This document shows positions 17,066 through 26,500 of a stretch of DNA of 64,000 nt, piece after piece. A program made the translations under genes and the position numbers. Numbering within the stretch: the first letter of the stretch is position 1; every line of letters begins with the position of its first letter. The stretch is from Telluria sp. (GTDB taxonomy: Bacteria > Pseudomonadota > Gammaproteobacteria > Burkholderiales > Burkholderiaceae_D): positions 5,960 through 69,959 of the forward strand of contig DASVVC010000015.1 in NCBI GenBank assembly GCA_036386755.1, written 5' to 3'. The notes beneath the pieces are model-generated. The model ran no database searches. It was not told the origin of the DNA and saw only the letters and a program-made list of their open reading frames with translations.

Positions 17066-18079
17066 ATGCGCTTACATCTTTCAGTTATTCCATTAATTTT
17101 CGCCGGCATGAATTTTATGCCGATATTTTCCAATGCTGCGGAACTCGCTACTGGGAAGACGCAGCCCGAGATCAAGGCGTTTAAGCCGGCCAAACAGATC
17201 GCGTGGAGCGCCGGGCGAGAGATATTGATCTGTGACGAAGGCTCTCGATCCGGTGTAACGTGCCAAACAGCGCTACTTCCAGAAGCGCTAGGCGAGGTTA
17301 GCGGTGTAATTCAAGCGAACTTTATTCCGGGGCGCAGTAGTTTTTTGGTTCAATCGCAAAAGGGGTCAACAATTTGCGCCTCGCGCGAAGGCCAGACATC
17401 GGTGGTTTGCGAGCCAGTTAAGGCCCGCTTCCCAGTCGGGGTCTCTATAAGCGCCAAGGTTCTCGCGGGGCGAATAGACGTCCTCCAGTTTGTTGGCTCC
17501 GACGACGCAAAATCGAAAAATTCCGACGAACTTCATCGTGACGTAGCCCAGTTTTCATCGGCAGTAAGCGCGGCGACGGCGGCGCTGAAAGCTAAGATGA
17601 ATCGTCCGCCAACGCACTATTCATGGGGCTGCGACTTTGATGACCGTCTGCCTCAGAAAAACGACTGTGGTAGCAACGACGGTGGCGGCGGCGGTTGGGA
17701 TTGGACGCCTGGAGGTAATGATGGAAGTTATGAATCCAGATATAGCTGCACGGTAGGCCCGATTGTTGTCTGCACCATTACCGAGCGCTGGCCGAATCCG
17801 GGCGCATCCCCAAACGATGGCGGTTTGTCGCCAATGGGTCCGGCTACTCCGACGATCTGCGGTATGACGGGGTTTTTCTGCGCCGTCCCTGGAGACGTTC
17901 CGCTCCCTCCGCCCGAAACCGTCGAGGAACGAAAGCAAGGGTGCGATCGGAAATTAGACCGGGATATGGACGAGTGCAAAGCGTACTCGCGAGCAATGGA
18001 TCAACGCTCATTCAGGGCGTGTAGAGAAAGAGCAGCGCAATACCACGCGGATTGCCTTCGCGCTGCCGAGCTTCCATAA
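17066..18079 (+). CDS. Secreted cysteine-rich protein (prophage cargo)
   Basis: AT-rich upstream region. Signal MRLHLSVIPLIFAGMNFMPIFSNA. About 14 Cys, a Gly-rich GGGGGWDWTPGGNDG stretch, and a helical Cys-containing C-terminus. Confidence 0.65.
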   Translation: MRLHLSVIPLIFAGMNFMPIFSNAAELATGKTQPEIKAFKPAKQIAWSAGREILICDEGSRSGVTCQTALLPEALGEVSGVIQANFIPGRSSFLVQSQKGSTICASREGQTSVVCEPVKARFPVGVSISAKVLAGRIDVLQFVGSDDAKSKNSDELHRDVAQFSSAVSAATAALKAKMNRPPTHYSWGCDFDDRLPQKNDCGSNDGGGGGWDWTPGGNDGSYESRYSCTVGPIVVCTITERWPNPGASPNDGGLSPMGPATPTICGMTGFFCAVPGDVPLPPPETVEERKQGCDRKLDRDMDECKAYSRAMDQRSFRACRERAAQYHADCLRAAELP

Positions 18080-18136
18080 GCATCATTAGAACGCCAGGCA
18101 AGCTGTCCTACAGTTTGCCTGTTTTAAGGACTAAAA

Positions 18137-18550
18137 ATGAGACTTCCTCGCATCGAGATTTATATAAATGAAAAATCTGACATTTCAGTTGCTCACGTGA
18201 AGGATGATCGTGAGACTTTTATTTTCGATTTCTCGCTTGATCAATTTCTAGCAAAAGGCGAAGACAACGCAGCGCTTACCCTGGGCGAATCGGTTCTGAC
18301 AGTGTTGAAACTATGGCATCCGAATATTCTTAAAGACGTTCCGACGCCCCCGCCTATTTCCAGCGCGGAGGTCAAGGCATCACTAGCTCAAGACTTGATC
18401 GGCGTATCGATGTCGGAGCGCACTAACCGGTATATAGACGCCATCGATAACCTATTAAATGAATCGAGCCTCGAACTCGGCACTGAATTTATTCGAAGCT
18501 CCTGGCCAGTCTTACGAGCGCGGCTTGAAACGTTCAAGAATACTGGCTAG
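18137..18550 (+). CDS. Hypothetical cytoplasmic protein (partner of the secreted protein?)
   Basis: 137-aa ORF 57 nt downstream with the same lower GC; no signal peptide. Confidence 0.55.
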   Translation: MRLPRIEIYINEKSDISVAHVKDDRETFIFDFSLDQFLAKGEDNAALTLGESVLTVLKLWHPNILKDVPTPPPISSAEVKASLAQDLIGVSMSERTNRYIDAIDNLLNESSLELGTEFIRSSWPVLRARLETFKNTG

Positions 18551-18888
18551 CTAACTGCCAGCCATCCTCTGCTGCCTGGATCATCTTGGCCGGCCCTCCG
18601 CTTTGCGCACATGAGCGTGGTGCCGTGAGCACGTTCTGCGACCGCGGGCGCAGCCTTGAGCGCGATCAGCTCGGCCTCGCAGCGCCGGTAATACGCCAGC
18701 AGCTCGGCGCTCACCAGTTGCAGCGGCGAGGTGCTGTCGTCCACCACGGTCATTTCGAACAGCAGCGTGCCGAGTGGGTCATGCTCATCTGTCGGCGTTG
18801 GCAACTGCTGCAATTTTTGCAGTTGTTCATTTTGATGGGGTTGCGGGAGGTCGTCGGTCCCGATATGTGAATTCCCATATCGGGTCAT
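18547..18888 (-). CDS. Hypothetical protein, last gene of the lysis operon
   Basis: The ATG overlaps the o-spanin stop (ATGA). Start MTRYGNSH inside ORF 18547..19149. Confidence 0.45.
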   Translation of the reverse strand: MTRYGNSHIGTDDLPQPHQNEQLQKLQQLPTPTDEHDPLGTLLFEMTVVDDSTSPLQLVSAELLAYYRRCEAELIALKAAPAVAERAHGTTLMCAKRRAGQDDPGSRGWLAVS

Positions 18889-19250
18889 AAGCACCCCGCG
18901 ATCACGGCTTCGAGCTGCGCCTCGTACTTGAGGTGCACGGGCAGGTCGCGCGCCAGGGCCAGGATCTTCTCGCCGTTGCTGGCATCCGGCGCCAGGGTGC
19001 GCGTGCCGAACGTCGGCCTGGCCGGAACCTCCGTCACGCAGGAGCGGTACACCGGAATCTTGACCTCTTGCACAAGTGGTGGCGAGCTCGTGCAACCGGG
19101 CGTCAATAGCATGAAGATGGCCAGTAGCAGGCCGGGCAAGAGTGAGCATCCATGCGGGTTCTGAGCGTTTTCACCGCCGCCAGCAGGCCAGCGCAGGAAT
19201 CGGCGAAAAAATTGCGAAAAATCGAAATTTCGAAATTTCGAAAGTTTCAT
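18885..19250 (-). CDS. o-spanin (Rz1-like outer-membrane lipoprotein)
   Basis: Lipobox LLTPGC, Pro-rich mature part with C-terminal Cys. Start overlaps the i-spanin stop. The true start may be internal. Confidence 0.65.
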   Translation of the reverse strand: MKLSKFRNFDFSQFFRRFLRWPAGGGENAQNPHGCSLLPGLLLAIFMLLTPGCTSSPPLVQEVKIPVYRSCVTEVPARPTFGTRTLAPDASNGEKILALARDLPVHLKYEAQLEAVIAGCL

Positions 19251-19642
19251 CGGGTAGCCTCCAGGATCAGGTTCACGGTCGGCATGGCCTCGTCGCAGGT
19301 GGTCGCGCGCGCGCCGGCGACCTTGGCCAGCGCAGCGTCGAAGCGCCGGCCGGCGGCGGCGGCCACCTGCTGGGCGTCCTGGCCGCGCGCCTCGGCAACC
19401 AGCTTGGCGGCGCCGGCTGCTTCCACCACGCTGTTCTGCAACGCGATGCCGGCGCGCAGTTCGGCGTTCGCGCTGCGCTCGGCGACCAGGTCGGCCCGGA
19501 CGGCGTCACGGTCGCGCGCCGCCAGGAACCAGCCGCCACCGGCCCAGGCGCCCACCACCAGCAGGGCCGCCAGCAGCACCACGGCGATGATCTTCCAGAT
19601 GCCACCGGTGACGCCGGCGGCAATAGTGTTAAATGCGCTCAT
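19247..19642 (-). CDS. i-spanin (Rz-like)
   Basis: N-terminal TM IWKIIAVVLLAALLVVGAWA followed by a coiled-coil periplasmic domain. ATGA coupling at both ends. Confidence 0.7.
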   Translation of the reverse strand: MSAFNTIAAGVTGGIWKIIAVVLLAALLVVGAWAGGGWFLAARDRDAVRADLVAERSANAELRAGIALQNSVVEAAGAAKLVAEARGQDAQQVAAAAGRRFDAALAKVAGARATTCDEAMPTVNLILEATR

Positions 19643-19995
19643 GGCGTCGTTTTCTCCACAGATTCGATTTTGGTAATGGTCGTTGTTCCGGCCGACGTCG
19701 GCGCCTCGGATTTGTTGAAGACGACCTTGGCCACCAGCGGGATTACCCACATTGAGCCGTACATTGTGAAATAGCCTTCAGTAAGCTTGCCCTTGATGGT
19801 CAGGTCGACCACGATCCACGTTGTCACGGCCAGGACGAGCATGAAGGCCAGCGCGATCTTACTGACCTTCCCGTCCTCCATGATCAAGTCGAAGGCGTTG
19901 AACGAAATGCCTGATGCCCGGTGCGCGCGCCAGATCGACAGCGCGATCAGCGCAGCCGCGGCGGCCAGGATGACCAGCATCCAATCGATCATCAT
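19639..19995 (-). CDS. Holin-like membrane protein (2-3 TM)
   Basis: MMIDWMLVILAAAAALIALSIW, IALAFMLVLAVTTWIVVDL, YGSMWVIPLVAKVVF. Start overlaps the endolysin stop. Confidence 0.55.
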   Translation of the reverse strand: MMIDWMLVILAAAAALIALSIWRAHRASGISFNAFDLIMEDGKVSKIALAFMLVLAVTTWIVVDLTIKGKLTEGYFTMYGSMWVIPLVAKVVFNKSEAPTSAGTTTITKIESVEKTTP

Positions 19996-20513
19996 GCGAG
20001 CACCTGTGCAGCGACTGCAAACAGGGCCAGCCGGTCCGCGAGTCCGTTCGTGCCGCCGTTGATCCTCTTCGTTACCTTGACCTGGTCGCCAGCGTCGGCC
20101 AGCTCGTTCAGGCCGTGCGACTTCCAGAACCAGGCAGCGGACCTGCAGGCGTTGACCGGCTGCTCGAGCAATTCTGGACTGGCCAGCAGATCCAGCCGGA
20201 GCGCCAGCCCGCACGCGCTGTAGTTGGCCCGGCCCGTAATCTGGACCAAGCCGCGCCCCCGGTACCGCCGCCCGTCGCCGGGGTTGGTATTGCCCAGGTC
20301 GCGGCGACCCTCGTAGGCTTCGCCGCTGGCGATCTCGCGCACGTAGAGCAACTGGCCAGACTCGTGTCCGATCTGCGAAAGAAACGATGCGCGCCGGGCC
20401 GGGCTGCTGATGCCGAATTCTGCCATCGCCGCATTGAGCGGTGCGCAGAACACGTCCGCCCGCTTGCCCGCGCGCGGCATGATCTTCTTGAGTTGTTCCA
20501 GTGTCACGCTCAT
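19992..20513 (-). CDS. Endolysin, glycoside hydrolase family 19 (chitinase-like)
   Basis: FLSQIGHESG, GRGLVQITGRANY, AAWFWK and INGGTNGLADR motifs. Start MSVTLEQL at 20513. Confidence 0.85.
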   Translation of the reverse strand: MSVTLEQLKKIMPRAGKRADVFCAPLNAAMAEFGISSPARRASFLSQIGHESGQLLYVREIASGEAYEGRRDLGNTNPGDGRRYRGRGLVQITGRANYSACGLALRLDLLASPELLEQPVNACRSAAWFWKSHGLNELADAGDQVKVTKRINGGTNGLADRLALFAVAAQVLA

Positions 20514-20824
20514 TTTCCACTCCAGAATCCGCCGCCCTTGGCGCCAGTTGCGCCGGTATCGCCCTGCTTTCCTTTGGCGCCAGTGCCTCCGGTTTTTCCT
20601 GTATCGCCGTCGGCACCAGCCGGGCCGCGCCGCCCGGGGTCGCCCTTCTCGCCTACGCCGTCGGCGCCGGTTGCGCCAGTAGCGCCCACCGCGCCGGCCG
20701 GCCCCGGCGCGCCGCGCAGGATCGGACTCGGGTAGACGATGGCCACCACGACCACGCCGGCCGCGACCATCACGGCGAAGCGCAGCATCCAATAAAACGC
20801 AGTATCCAATTTGCCCTTTACCAT
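20510..20824 (-). CDS. Membrane-anchored collagen-like (Gly-X-Y) mini-protein
   Basis: TM FYWMLRFAVMVAAGVVVVAIVY, then about 20 G-X-Y triplets (GAPGPAGAVGATGATGAD...GDTGATGAKG). ATGA-type coupling at both ends. Confidence 0.6.
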   Translation of the reverse strand: MVKGKLDTAFYWMLRFAVMVAAGVVVVAIVYPSPILRGAPGPAGAVGATGATGADGVGEKGDPGRRGPAGADGDTGKTGGTGAKGKQGDTGATGAKGGGFWSGK

Positions 20825-21099
20825 TTGATGCCTCCTGTAAACAGTTTCGTAAGAATCCAACTCCCCATCAGAAGCACGGCCGCGCCCAGCGTCGATATGC
20901 CCCAAATCAGAGCCTTTGTTCGCTCGGCTTCAATTGCAGCGATGCGGGCGGCATTGGCGCGCTCGCCGGCGTCAGCCTTCTCCTGTACGCGCTTGAGGTC
21001 GACCTCGGCCTCGCGCTTGTTCTCTTCAATTTCGCGCTGCAAGAGCGCTTGCCCATGGATGAGCAGGGCGATCTGTACTTCGGTGGATGCTTGTGTCAT
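20818..21099 (-). CDS. Coiled-coil protein with C-terminal TM (candidate holin/antiholin or lysis regulator)
   Basis: Charged helix EIEENKREAEVDLKRVQEKADAGER..., then ALIWGISTLGAAVLLMGSWILTKLF. First gene after the terminator. Confidence 0.45.
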   Translation of the reverse strand: MTQASTEVQIALLIHGQALLQREIEENKREAEVDLKRVQEKADAGERANAARIAAIEAERTKALIWGISTLGAAVLLMGSWILTKLFTGGIKW

Positions 21100-21120
21100 T
21101 AGGGTCTCTGGCCGGCCAAT

Positions 21121-21143
21121 AAAAAAACCGCCCGAAGGCGGCT
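21121..21143 (-). terminator. Rho-independent terminator between the fibre module and the lysis cassette
   Basis: Minus strand: CCGCC-ttcg-GGCGG followed by TTTTTTT. Confidence 0.7.
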
Positions 21144-21162
21144 TAGAGGATGTTGCGCGTGA

Positions 21163-21525
21163 TCAGTCGATCGCTGCGGCGGTGATGAACAGTTCGTCGA
21201 TGTCAGCCGGGCCCAGCCCCAGCACCTGGCGAATGCCCTCGACCAGCCAGTGGTCGCGCCGCACGTTCTGCGCGTATTCGAGGTACGCGCGCGCCTGCTC
21301 GCCGTCAACGCCTGGCATCGCGTCGACGAAGACCTTCACTGCAGCCATGTGGCCGGCGGCGATCAAGGCCAGGCGCGCGTTCAGCATCGGCACAGATGCC
21401 GGCACCACCGGCACGGCAGCGGCTGCGATATCGAACTCCCGTTGCGTCACTTCATCGCTGGTCATATCCCGCTGTTTTTGGACGCCTTCAGCCACATCCC
21501 AATAATCTATTTTCAAGGGTTCCAT
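21163..21525 (-). CDS. Hypothetical protein downstream of the tail fibre (possible fibre assembly chaperone)
   Basis: Start MEPLKIDYW at 21525. The functional suggestion rests on position only. Confidence 0.45.
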   Translation of the reverse strand: MEPLKIDYWDVAEGVQKQRDMTSDEVTQREFDIAAAAVPVVPASVPMLNARLALIAAGHMAAVKVFVDAMPGVDGEQARAYLEYAQNVRRDHWLVEGIRQVLGLGPADIDELFITAAAID

Positions 21526-21532
21526 ATTTTCC

Positions 21533-22519
21533 TTATGCGCTTTTCCAACCGTAGACACGAACGGAGCCACCTGCGGCAAAGTTAGCTCCGGTGGCCCAAT
21601 ACAGTCGGAAGCCAGATATCGCATTGGCGCCGGTGTACAGGCCCCAAAACTGCTGAATCTGGTAACTGACTGCCGGCGACGTGTTGCCAATCGCCCGAAT
21701 GAAGACTGTTTTCGAACCAGTAACCGAGTTCGCATTGCGGATTTGAATTTCGATATTCCCGGCCTGGACGTCTTGGCCCCTGATACTCGGGCCTGTGATT
21801 GTGCCAACAAGCGAGCCGAACCCGGCACCGACAGCGCCCCCAGCATAGAAATTGCCAGTGTCTACGGTGCCGGCATTTGCGACGCGCAAGCACAGTGAAT
21901 CGCTATTCGCTGCAAACACAGGCTGAATACGATTAAGAATGATGTCGTAATTATCGAAGTTACCCGCACCAGCACTGAATAACGTGAGGAAGTCAACGTA
22001 CGGTACGGCAGTTGTCGCGAGCGGCCCGGCAACAAGTGCTGAGCCCATATCGCTCGTCAGGGCCATAGTTCCATCTTTATCAGGCAACAGGTAATCACGA
22101 ATAGTCGCAGCAGTGATTAACGTTGCTTTGAACCGCCCTTGCTTCGTATTGACCGTGGCGTTTTTTACCATCGGATTTGCATCCGAGAAGGCCGCCGTGG
22201 TGCCGATGGTGGTGGCGCTTGCTGCAGCTGCTACCGCCCATCCCTGCGTTTGATCCCGATAACCGACCGCCGCATCAGCTGCAAAATTGGCTGTGTCTCG
22301 GAAGCCTTGCGCGGCAGTTGCGTAGCCACTGGCTGATCCTTCCTTCGCGTTGACGTTGGTTTCCAGCGCGTTCGCCTGGATGCGCCAAGTGTTAATCTCC
22401 GGCACCATCAACTGCTGCTGCGCGACGAAAGCCGCTGCCTTCTCGCTGAACACTGCCGGCGGGTCCGTGGCCGGATTTGGCGCCACTGGCAGTGGGGTGA
22501 TAACCTGCGTTATTGTCAT
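21533..22519 (-). CDS. Tail fibre / receptor-binding protein
   Basis: N-terminus PLPVAPNPATDPPAVFSEKAAAFV is typical of fibre anchors. Gly/Ala/Thr-rich beta-type C-terminus. Lies after the tape-measure module. Confidence 0.6.
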   Translation of the reverse strand: MTITQVITPLPVAPNPATDPPAVFSEKAAAFVAQQQLMVPEINTWRIQANALETNVNAKEGSASGYATAAQGFRDTANFAADAAVGYRDQTQGWAVAAAASATTIGTTAAFSDANPMVKNATVNTKQGRFKATLITAATIRDYLLPDKDGTMALTSDMGSALVAGPLATTAVPYVDFLTLFSAGAGNFDNYDIILNRIQPVFAANSDSLCLRVANAGTVDTGNFYAGGAVGAGFGSLVGTITGPSIRGQDVQAGNIEIQIRNANSVTGSKTVFIRAIGNTSPAVSYQIQQFWGLYTGANAISGFRLYWATGANFAAGGSVRVYGWKSA

Positions 22520-23565
22520 ATCAGTCCTCGTACTTCGATTGGTGCGGCCCGGCCGCTATTTGAGATTGGGACTTCCCACTGGCCAAGATAGCCGTAGGCG
22601 ATGGTCATGGAGTAGTCCGACGATGCGATGAAGACCATTTCAACGTCCGTGTATTCGGTGAGCAAGCGGAAAGCCTCACTCTCGAACCCCTCCGGGATGC
22701 GCACGTCAAAGTTCATCCGCTTTGCGTTCGCCCGCTTCACCATCGTCGTGTTACCAAACGTGTCGGTCGTGGTGGTGGAGTAGCTGAGCACGCCGGCCGT
22801 CAGCTCCCATTGGGTGAGGCCGATCGTTCGGGACTTTCCGACGAAGCAGCCACCAATGGCAGCGTCCAGCCCAGCGTTGTCGACCGTGATGGTGATTTCA
22901 GCAGCTGCGTAGGGCGGAATGCCGTCGAAAACGACATCGCCAGACCGGATCGGCTCCTCGTAAAAAAAGTCGTACCAGCTCAGCACCTCGTGTCGAACCA
23001 GACTCTTGATGAGCGAATAGCCGCTGATCGTTTGCGAGATCGATGCCTGCGCGCCCTCGACGTTCAACAGGGTGATGGTGTTCACCACCACCCCTGGCTT
23101 GATCACGACGGTGACGGCGTTCGGCGCCACCGTTTGCGAGTTGATCGCCTTGTCGAACATGTTCCAGCGATTCGTCGCGCTGCGCCGCAACCACTTGGTG
23201 GGATTCCCTGCCAGCGATTGACCGACATTGCTCGCGATCTGCGACTCATACAGTTCATGGACGTCGGCACCAACGCTCGATACGAGATCTCCCTTGGCGT
23301 ACGTCGTCCCGGCCGAGTATGGCGCGTACACCGTGCCCAGCAGCTTCCACCATGTGGGCGAACTGGCGGGAACGTGCCCACCGTTACTCGCTTGCAGGCC
23401 TTGATAAACGACCTGCTGTGTGCCAGTTGTAACCCCGACCACAGCGCCGAGAATGTACGTGGTGGCACCTGCGTACTCCTGCACCAGTGCCTCCGGAACG
23501 GTACTGCTGATCAATCGCACATCTGTCACTGCGACCGGCCGGATCATGCGGAAATCCGCGCTCAT
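22516..23565 (-). CDS. Distal tail / tip protein
   Basis: Immediately follows the tape measure with ATGA overlap; 349 aa; no recognisable enzymatic motif. Confidence 0.45.
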   Translation of the reverse strand: MSADFRMIRPVAVTDVRLISSTVPEALVQEYAGATTYILGAVVGVTTGTQQVVYQGLQASNGGHVPASSPTWWKLLGTVYAPYSAGTTYAKGDLVSSVGADVHELYESQIASNVGQSLAGNPTKWLRRSATNRWNMFDKAINSQTVAPNAVTVVIKPGVVVNTITLLNVEGAQASISQTISGYSLIKSLVRHEVLSWYDFFYEEPIRSGDVVFDGIPPYAAAEITITVDNAGLDAAIGGCFVGKSRTIGLTQWELTAGVLSYSTTTTDTFGNTTMVKRANAKRMNFDVRIPEGFESEAFRLLTEYTDVEMVFIASSDYSMTIAYGYLGQWEVPISNSGRAAPIEVRGLI

Positions 23566-26500
23566 GCTTGCTCCTTCGTGCGCATGGCATTATTCCCATC
23601 GGTTACAGTTTCAAAGGCGTCGGCCAAGCGCTTGGTGTTCGTCGCCGTCTTGTCGAGCGCTTCCTGCTGACGCTCGATCGCGACCTGCTGCCGGGCGACA
23701 GTCGCCGTCAGCCGGCGAACTTCCTCCAGCAACTCCGGGTTGCCGCCGCTCAGCATCGAGCGGGTCTGTCCAGCGTTGAAAATTCGGGCTGGCCCGGTTG
23801 CCTCAAGCTCAGGACCGTTCTCGCCGACCAGGCGCATGCCGCCGCCGAAGTCGCCACCGGTGGCATACCCTGGCACCCCGTGCGAACGAAGGAACTCGGC
23901 CCAATTGCCGTTTCGCTTGGCATCGAGCTCAGGCTGAGCATTTTTGATAAAGTCAGCCTTCTCGCCTCCATCAACCGTTTCGCCGTATGCCTTCTTCCAA
24001 AAGTCGACGCCCGCCTTTTCGCCGTCGCGGCCGAGAACCTGTTGGTACAGGCCCTCAACCGACAGTCCACTCGGCGCTTCCTTCACACCTTTGATTGCTG
24101 CGGCGAACTCCTTGAGGGCGTCAGCCAAGCTCCTCACTGACGTATCCACACCGGTCACGGCATCAAGCTCTTTCTGGCCATTCGTGACGATGGCATCCAG
24201 GCGGGCCAGGTCATTGATGTGTTGATCGCTGAGCAGCTTGAGTTGAGCGTTCGACGCTGCATCGATAGTCTTGGACGTAGCTTCGAGCCCTTCGACGGTC
24301 AACTGACCGAAATCGAGCTCCTTCTTCGCGTTCAACTGCAGCGCCTCAAGCGAGGCTTTTGCCCGATTCTGGTCCCGGGCGTAGTCCTCGAAGGTCGCGA
24401 ACATATCCTCGCTCGGCTTCGAAATCGCATCGAGAGCTTCGTCCAGCCCTGCGATATTTCCGGTGCCACCGCCGCGCGTGAAAACGGCAGCCTGCGCCAG
24501 AAGATCTTGGGCAGCACGCCGGCGCGCCGCGTCCATCGCGGTCGACTGAATCTCAGTCGATTCAAGCGCAGAAGCAAGCTTGTCGAACACAGACTTAACG
24601 GCATCAGTCAGTTTCTTCGCCGCGTCGATCTGGCCTTTGTAGGTGTCCGCTGTCGGTGCTGAATCCTTAATAGCTTTGACCTGCGCGTCGTATTGCTGGT
24701 TGAGGATGTCTTTTTGCGAGCCTACCGAGTTCTTCAGCCCGGTAAGGGCCGTGTTTGCCGTGCCGACGGCCAGCGCAGCCGCAGCCGCCTGGTCCTGAAG
24801 AGCGTGACCATTTTTGATGAGCGCCGCAGTCGACGCGTCCAGCCCGACCACTTCCTCGGCCCGGGATGCAGCCAAGGCGGCCGATTTGTTCCCCACCAGC
24901 TCCATGTTCCGGATCTCAATGCCGCGATTTTTCGTCGCCAAGGCTGCGGCCGTGTTCGCATCCTCCAATGCGTTGCGCCGTTTGACGAGCTCGGCTGTTA
25001 CCGGATCAAGGCTTTTGATTTCGTCGGCGCGCGTGGCGGCCAAGGCGCCCAACTTATCGCCAGCCAATTCCATGTTCTGAATTTCCAGCCCACGGAGTTT
25101 GTTCGCCAACTCCAAGCCGGCTACCTCGTCGTAGACGTCCCAGTTCGACTTGTCGACTTTGTTCCGGCTCTTCGTTGCCAGTTGCTCCGGCGTCATCTTG
25201 AGATCGTCGCGTCGGTCAATCAGACTTTCACGCTCGCTCAGCTTCTCGGCTGCCGTCTTCGTTTTTTCGAGCGATGGCACCACGGCAGCAAAAGCACCTT
25301 CGATCGCCATGAGGCCGCTGAACAGTTCAGCACCCGCCGCGGTGGCGAGCTGGCCGCCTTCAGAAAGGCCCAGCACTGCGGCCTTGAAGTCGTCGCGGGT
25401 TTTGATGCCGGCCCGACCAAGGCGCGCAAGCTCCTCGTTCACATACTTCTGTACCGGTGCCAGACGTTCGGCCTCGGTCAGGAAGTTGTCGGCGAAGCTG
25501 CTGGTCTGCTCGGCGAATTTATCAATGCCACCCGCAGCGGCGATCAAATCCTCGCGCGCACGCAGGCTGCTGATACCCGTAGCGCCGAATGTCACACCGA
25601 TCGAGGTCAGCGCGTTATCCAGAGTGGCGTAGTTCGAGGCCAGGCGGACGATGGTTTCGGTGTAGCCCTCGCCGACCTGACGGAAGGCGTCCATCTCCGG
25701 AAACACTGCGGCCGACATGTCGTCCATCGTCTTCGACAGCACAGCGTTGAGCGCTGCCGTCAACTCATCACCCTTCAGTCCCTTGAGGGAAATCTTGGTG
25801 ACGTCGATGGTCAGATCATCGAGCGACTTCTTGACGTGGTCAGCGCCAACGCCGAGCACTGCTGCCGCCTCCGTCAGGGCGCCTTCCACGCCCTTGAACA
25901 CGAGACCGAATTGCGCTGGAAGTTCCCCTTCCAGCCCGGCCGTTTGCACAGCGTTGCTCGTCTTCTTGCTCAGGCCGAAGAAACTCGACTTCGTGGTGTC
26001 CACGCTGGCGTACTGGTCATAGCCCTTCCCGCCTTGCAGATCCCGCACGCTGCCGCCGAACTGGATGCCGCTGTCCACGATCGACTGCTTTGTCTTGCCC
26101 CACAGGTTGTTGACGAAGCTCGCGATCTTGTCGCCAAGGCCAGGGCCAAACAGCCCTTTTGTAACCTCGGTCATGACGGTAGAAATCCCGTCGACCGGCT
26201 TGCCGATGTTGAGCTGGCCAGTCTTTATCCCGAGGTTGCTGCCTTCGGTGATGCCCGGCGCGCGCACGATGAGGTTCGTCAGCCCCTTCATCGACGCCTC
26301 GATCGAACGCAACGCGGCGAGCATGCCCCGATTGATCGGGATCAAGCTACCGCTGTGGTCCTCCAAGATTGCCAGCGAGCGGCTGATCGATTCTGACTGC
26401 TGTGCATACAGGGTCGAACCGTCTGCCTGCTTCGTTCCGATATCGCCAAACACGCCACCGGTGCCCTGCGACTTCTGCACATCAGCAGCGCTCTTGCCGC

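Noticed and set aside
19639-20792. Long ORF-track versions of the holin-like (325 aa) and endolysin (266 aa) genes.
   Set aside because: The N-terminal extensions are Arg/Gly/Pro junk that overlaps the neighbouring genes. Internal ATGs at 19995 and 20513 coincide with upstream stops (ATGA) and with the start of recognisable domains.
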